Shown: positions 48,215 to 51,718 of the stretch, piece after piece
Layout: each line of letters begins with the position of its first letter
How positions within the stretch are numbered: the stretch's first letter is position 1
From: a virus
Length of the DNA stretch: 51,718 nucleotides
Direction: 5' to 3' (one strand)
IMG/VR virus record: IMGVR_UViG_3300013383_000248
Translations under genes and position numbers: made by a program
The notes under the pieces: generated by a model
The model's database searches: none
Told to the model about the DNA's origin: nothing
Seen by the model: only the letters and a program-made list of their open reading frames with translations

Positions 48215-50168
48215 TTAAACCGCCTGATGTGCCAGATTCTGCCATTCATAGATGATGTTCTGGCCTACTTCATTTGCAATTTCTCTAGCCTGACGTCTGG
48301 TGTAGGCGTGTTTTGTGCTACTGATGTAATATTTTCCATTTTTGAATTGAATACTGCAACCACCATCTAAAGTATTAAGCATTTTCACTGCAAAGATTGC
48401 CATTTCAGGAATATCAACATCATAAGTTTTTACATTCACCTGAAAACCGCCCTTGTACTTTTTGATTTTCCCATTCTTGATGTTCAGGGTATCGCCGTCC
48501 TGCATTTTCTTGATAGTTCTTACGTTAATCATTTTCAATATTTCCTTTCTGATTTTTAATTTGGTTTGTTGTTTTATGAGAGGGCTTTCCGCCCTCTCAT
48601 TTTACTCGTCCATCATGACGAAGAAATTCCAGCTTGAATACTCAGGTCTGCCGTCAGCAGGGTTATTGTGGCGGACCACCTGACAGAATGAAATAGAAAT
48701 CCAGAGCATAATAATGATTCCGGATAGGGTCAGTGCAAGTTTGATATTTTTCATTTCAAATTTTTCCTTTCGACTTTTGGATTCAGGTGCTCGATTGTGC
48801 AGTTTGAAAGCGGTAGAAGGACCTTAGAGGTCCTTCACTACTAGCGTCAGATGGTCGGCAGTATGTTCGATTGCCTGCACCACCTGATATGTTGTAAAAT
48901 GATAAGTAGTCAGTAGACCAGAAGTAAAGACCGCAGACCTACTGCCGAAGCCCACGATTTCAAGCTCTTGCATAATATAGAGCTTTTCTTCCAGTTCGCG
49001 ATAAAAGGCGTTCTGCCAAGGGCAGTTGAATGTGCAGGGCAAATGCCATTTGCAATATTCAGTCTGAACATTGTTTTTGTCCAGAAAGCGGATTTCAACA
49101 TAGGGATTGAGATTGTTAAGTTCCATATTATTCCATCCTTTCTATTGGAAGCCAAGGGTTTTAACCCTTGGCTCTATAGGTCTCAGTGCCATTAGAATAC
49201 TGTGCCATGACTTCGCCGGTTTCCATGTCAATGACATCACGTTCGTTCCGTGCCCACAGGCTGTAGGCTCGTGCCATGTGCCGTGCCGCACTCAGGCTCT
49301 TGTAAAGAATGCCATACTTGCCAGTGCTCAGATTATAGATTTTGTACATGATGTTGCTCCTTTCCTGTATCTGGTTGGCTTAGTCAGCCAACCAGATATT
49401 GCGACTATTTGCGATACACCAGCCGCGGCAATTCTTAGACAGCCGCTCGATATCCTCAGCCAGATACATAGAATAGCCATAGGCATCAGTCAGCTTTTTC
49501 ACCTTACCCTGAATGCTGTTGGTAAGCAGGCTATAGTACCTAGCCCAGTAGATAGTATAGCTAGCCTCAGCGATCTGCTGAGCAAGGTATTCACGCTGAG
49601 CGTTCATCTCTTTACGCTTGGGGTCGGAATAACCCAGTTCCTTAGTGGCACTGTTCAGACGCACAATAGTCTTCTGCATGGCGTTCAGGCGAGCACTTCT
49701 TCTGTTGATACGATTCATAATAATCCTCCTAATAAATGTTAGTTGGTTGGTAGGTGAAGAAGCTTATGCTTCTTCACCATATAACAGAGTGTACAGGTTG
49801 TCAAAGAAGTCCTCAAGCATATGCTCAAAGACATCTGCCCATTCTTCGGCCTCATCCTGCAAGTCTCTCAGTCTCTGGTAGATTGCATCATATTCGGGGC
49901 ACGGACAGCCGGTTTCCATGTCCATATTGTAGTCTGTGTGTTCAAGGTCATATTCTGCACTGTCAATAGCCCATGTCAGACTATCCCATGCGTCAATGTT
50001 CTGTGCCGCATAACAATGGTATTCTTCTACCATATGCTCCCAGTCGAAGCTATCGCCAAGCATATGGTACTGCTTGACATATGTCAAGATATCTTCTGCC
50101 TGCTCTACGAGTTCTTCTTTGATTGCCTTTTCCTTGGTTTCCTTGCTAGTGATTATTGTATGTACCAT
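48215..50168 (-). CDS. five hypothetical proteins: 48215..48538, 48824..49126, 49161..49349, 49380..49718, 49764..50168 (acidic)
   Basis: minus-strand ORFs, none with recognized motifs. Confidence 0.4.
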
Positions 50169-50413
50169 ATTGTACCAATCCTTTTCATATTATTTGACTG
50201 TTAGTTGTCAACTGTCCGTGAGTCTATGTGCCGCAGGCGTTGGACTGCCCTACAGCTTGCACCGCACTTTCCATGTTCTACCATTACGTCCGCTATGCGG
50301 TGCAGACGTTCGGCTTAAATCCAGTTTTCAAGGTTCAGGCGGTTCGGTGCTATCCGCGTCATGCCGGTCATTTTACTACACTGTCAAGGACTTGCGTGGT
50401 TTGTTGTTGTCCT

Positions 50414-50458
50414 CTTGACATTTTGAATTGTACCACACTTTGCTTTGTTTGTCAAGCG
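50414..50458 (-). promoter_or_regulatory. TTGACA-N17-TACAAT promoter followed by ~230-nt GC-rich structured leader (50170-50400)
   Basis: minus read GCTTGACAAACAAAGCAAAGTGTGGTACAAT. Confidence 0.45.
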
Positions 50459-50654
50459 TTTTTTTCAAGTTTTTTTTGAAAACTTTCTTGACTGTTTTTC
50501 GTTGTTCCATGGGGTCAATTTCTGATTATGATTATAGCAGATTGCAAGGAAAAGTCAATACTAAAAAATGGAAAATCAATAAATTTTTTAGATTTTTTTT
50601 CGGGGCTTGTTTTTGCCAGATCCTACCAATTTTCTTGGAGGGTGCGAACGTACT

Positions 50655-50915
50655 TTACCTCTTTACTCAGATGAAGAAAGACTATAGACTTTACCTCTTT
50701 AATCAAATGAAGTTGGAAGAAACTGGGGGGGGTGCGTTTCGGGCTGGATTTTTTTGGGAATGGAAGAAAATGGTTTTCCTGGAAAATTAATTTCTAAACT
50801 TATTTTTAATTTCAGAATACGGAATTAATTTCTAAAACCTTTTTCAAATTCAAAACACGGAAATAATTCCTAAACTCAATTTTAATTTTAGAAAACGGAA
50901 ATAAAAAAATAGGCG
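50655..50915. repeat. direct repeats: 2x ACTTTACCTCTTTA(C/A)TCA(G/A)ATGAAG (50655-50715) and 3x ~38-nt imperfect tandem GGAAnTAATTyCTAAAy...AATTTyAGAAnAC (50790-50915)
   Basis: tandem imperfect repeats without spacers, immediately downstream of the AbrB-like gene terminator. Confidence 0.45.
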
Positions 50916-50962
50916 AGAATTTAATTCTCGCCTTAATCATCTTTAATTACTCGATAACCATT

Positions 50963-51172
50963 CTATTCCAATGTCTCTTTTGCAAGAGCTACAGCATCGC
51001 TTGCTTCAGGGCATTCGATGCACAAAAAAGTCTTTCCATCTACTTCATCAATATAAAATTCATAATTATGACCATTTACCATATGTAGTTCATCACGAAG
51101 CTTAGAAGGAATCATTAAACGTCCAACTGTATCGAGTTTTCTCGTATATGCTGTCTTAAGCATTCTACTCAC
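50963..51172 (-). CDS. AbrB/SpoVT/MazE-family swapped-hairpin DNA-binding regulator (69 aa)
   Basis: RKLDTVGRLMIPSKLRDEL...EFYIDEVDGKTFLCIE resembles the AbrB N-terminal domain (DELGRVVIPIELRRTL..). Confidence 0.55.
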   Translation of the reverse strand: MSRMLKTAYTRKLDTVGRLMIPSKLRDELHMVNGHNYEFYIDEVDGKTFLCIECPEASDAVALAKETLE

Positions 51173-51281
51173 TCCTTTCTATGTCTGGGAGAGTATGAGC
51201 CATCCCTTGATTTTTTATAATTTATTTTACAAAATTTTTTGTCCTTTGTCAAAATTTTTCTTAACAAAATCTTAACAATAA

Positions 51282-51718
51282 TTAGTCAAAAGGAACAAGA
51301 CCATCATTTGGGTCAATTACTCCTCGTTCTTGATGGAAGCGATAATTGGTAAATCCATTTTTAAATTGATAAACTTCTACTTCAGGTATAATATATTGAT
51401 CTTCCTTATCTACGATTTTAGAACCAAGAGTAATACCAATTGGATCACCCTCTTCTTCATATTTAGATAAATCAATTGCCATTGAGTCTCTCTGACTCTT
51501 TATAACATGAACAATACCCGGCCCAATATATTTGCTCTCTAATCCCCAATTAAGTTCAATATATTTTTTATCATCCTTAAAATTCAAAAAATCATCAAGG
51601 GCTTTATTAAATTCTTTATAATACTTTGCTTTAACAATTTTGCTATAAATAAATCGTGCCGCACAACCTAATCCAATAGCTGCACTACTACCTAAAAGAA
51701 GCCCGTGGACAAACTTCA
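51282..51718 (-). CDS. hypothetical protein, N-terminus beyond window end (partial)
   Basis: reading frame of track ORF 51282..51587 stays open to the window edge (...VHGLLLGSSAAIGLGCAARFIYSK...). Confidence 0.4.
   Translation of the reverse strand, partial: KFVHGLLLGSSAAIGLGCAARFIYSKIVKAKYYKEFNKALDDFLNFKDDKKYIELNWGLESKYIGPGIVHVIKSQRDSMAIDLSKYEEEGDPIGITLGSKIVDKEDQYIIPEVEVYQFKNGFTNYRFHQERGVIDPNDGLVPFD

Noticed and set aside
50790-50915. Possible CRISPR-like array
   Set aside because: The three ~38-nt repeats are contiguous and imperfect, with no unique spacers and no cas genes, so they are more consistent with iterons or binding sites.

Overview
The 51.7-kb window looks like a continuous stretch of a large virulent-phage-like genome. 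Almost everything is on the minus strand in short operons, each with its own sigma70-type promoter and many with hairpin/T-run terminators. Strong AAGGAGG ribosome-binding sites and an AbrB/SpoVT-like regulator suggest a low-GC Gram-positive (Bacillota) host.

The most important point: in-frame TAG codons are read through in at least nine genes, so genetic code 15 (TAG=Gln) is inferred. The clearest case is the SAM synthetase, where TAG sits exactly at a conserved Gln (E. coli MetK ...HPDKIADQISD...). The supplied six-frame track uses the standard code and also accepts TTG starts, so it truncates or misses these genes. No suppressor tRNA (anticodon CTA) was found in the window.

Annotated content includes:
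- Bases 1-6700 hold a minus-strand tRNA array. One tRNA is split by a ~735-nt intron carrying an HNH homing endonuclease, and there are half-tRNA fragments and repeated T-arm-like palindromes.
- A class I-beta DAHP synthase, a putative restriction endonuclease, and a C5 cytosine methyltransferase (the latter two adjacent and overlapping).
- A SAM synthetase (MetK) interrupted by a LAGLIDADG intein.
- A dispersed RNA-repair toolkit: polynucleotide-kinase P-loop kinase, calcineurin-type phosphoesterase, Pol-beta nucleotidyltransferase, Rnl-type RNA ligase, and a HAD phosphatase.
- A DEDDh exonuclease and a nucleoside 2-deoxyribosyltransferase-like protein.
- Three large paralogs with cysteine-rich zinc-ribbon tails, five tandem small acidic paralogs, and two duplicated two-gene cassettes plus a GC-rich third copy.

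The window splits into an AT-rich part (1-36 kb; ~18 near-identical TTGAAA-N17-TATAAT promoters) and a GC-richer part (36-51.7 kb). In the GC-richer part, TTGACA-N17-TATAAT promoters are combined with a GTTCC-N-GGAAC palindrome at +1 and an upstream TGCACAAA motif. No capsid, terminase or tail genes were recognised. All tRNA and promoter coordinates were worked out by hand and may be off by 1-2 nt.
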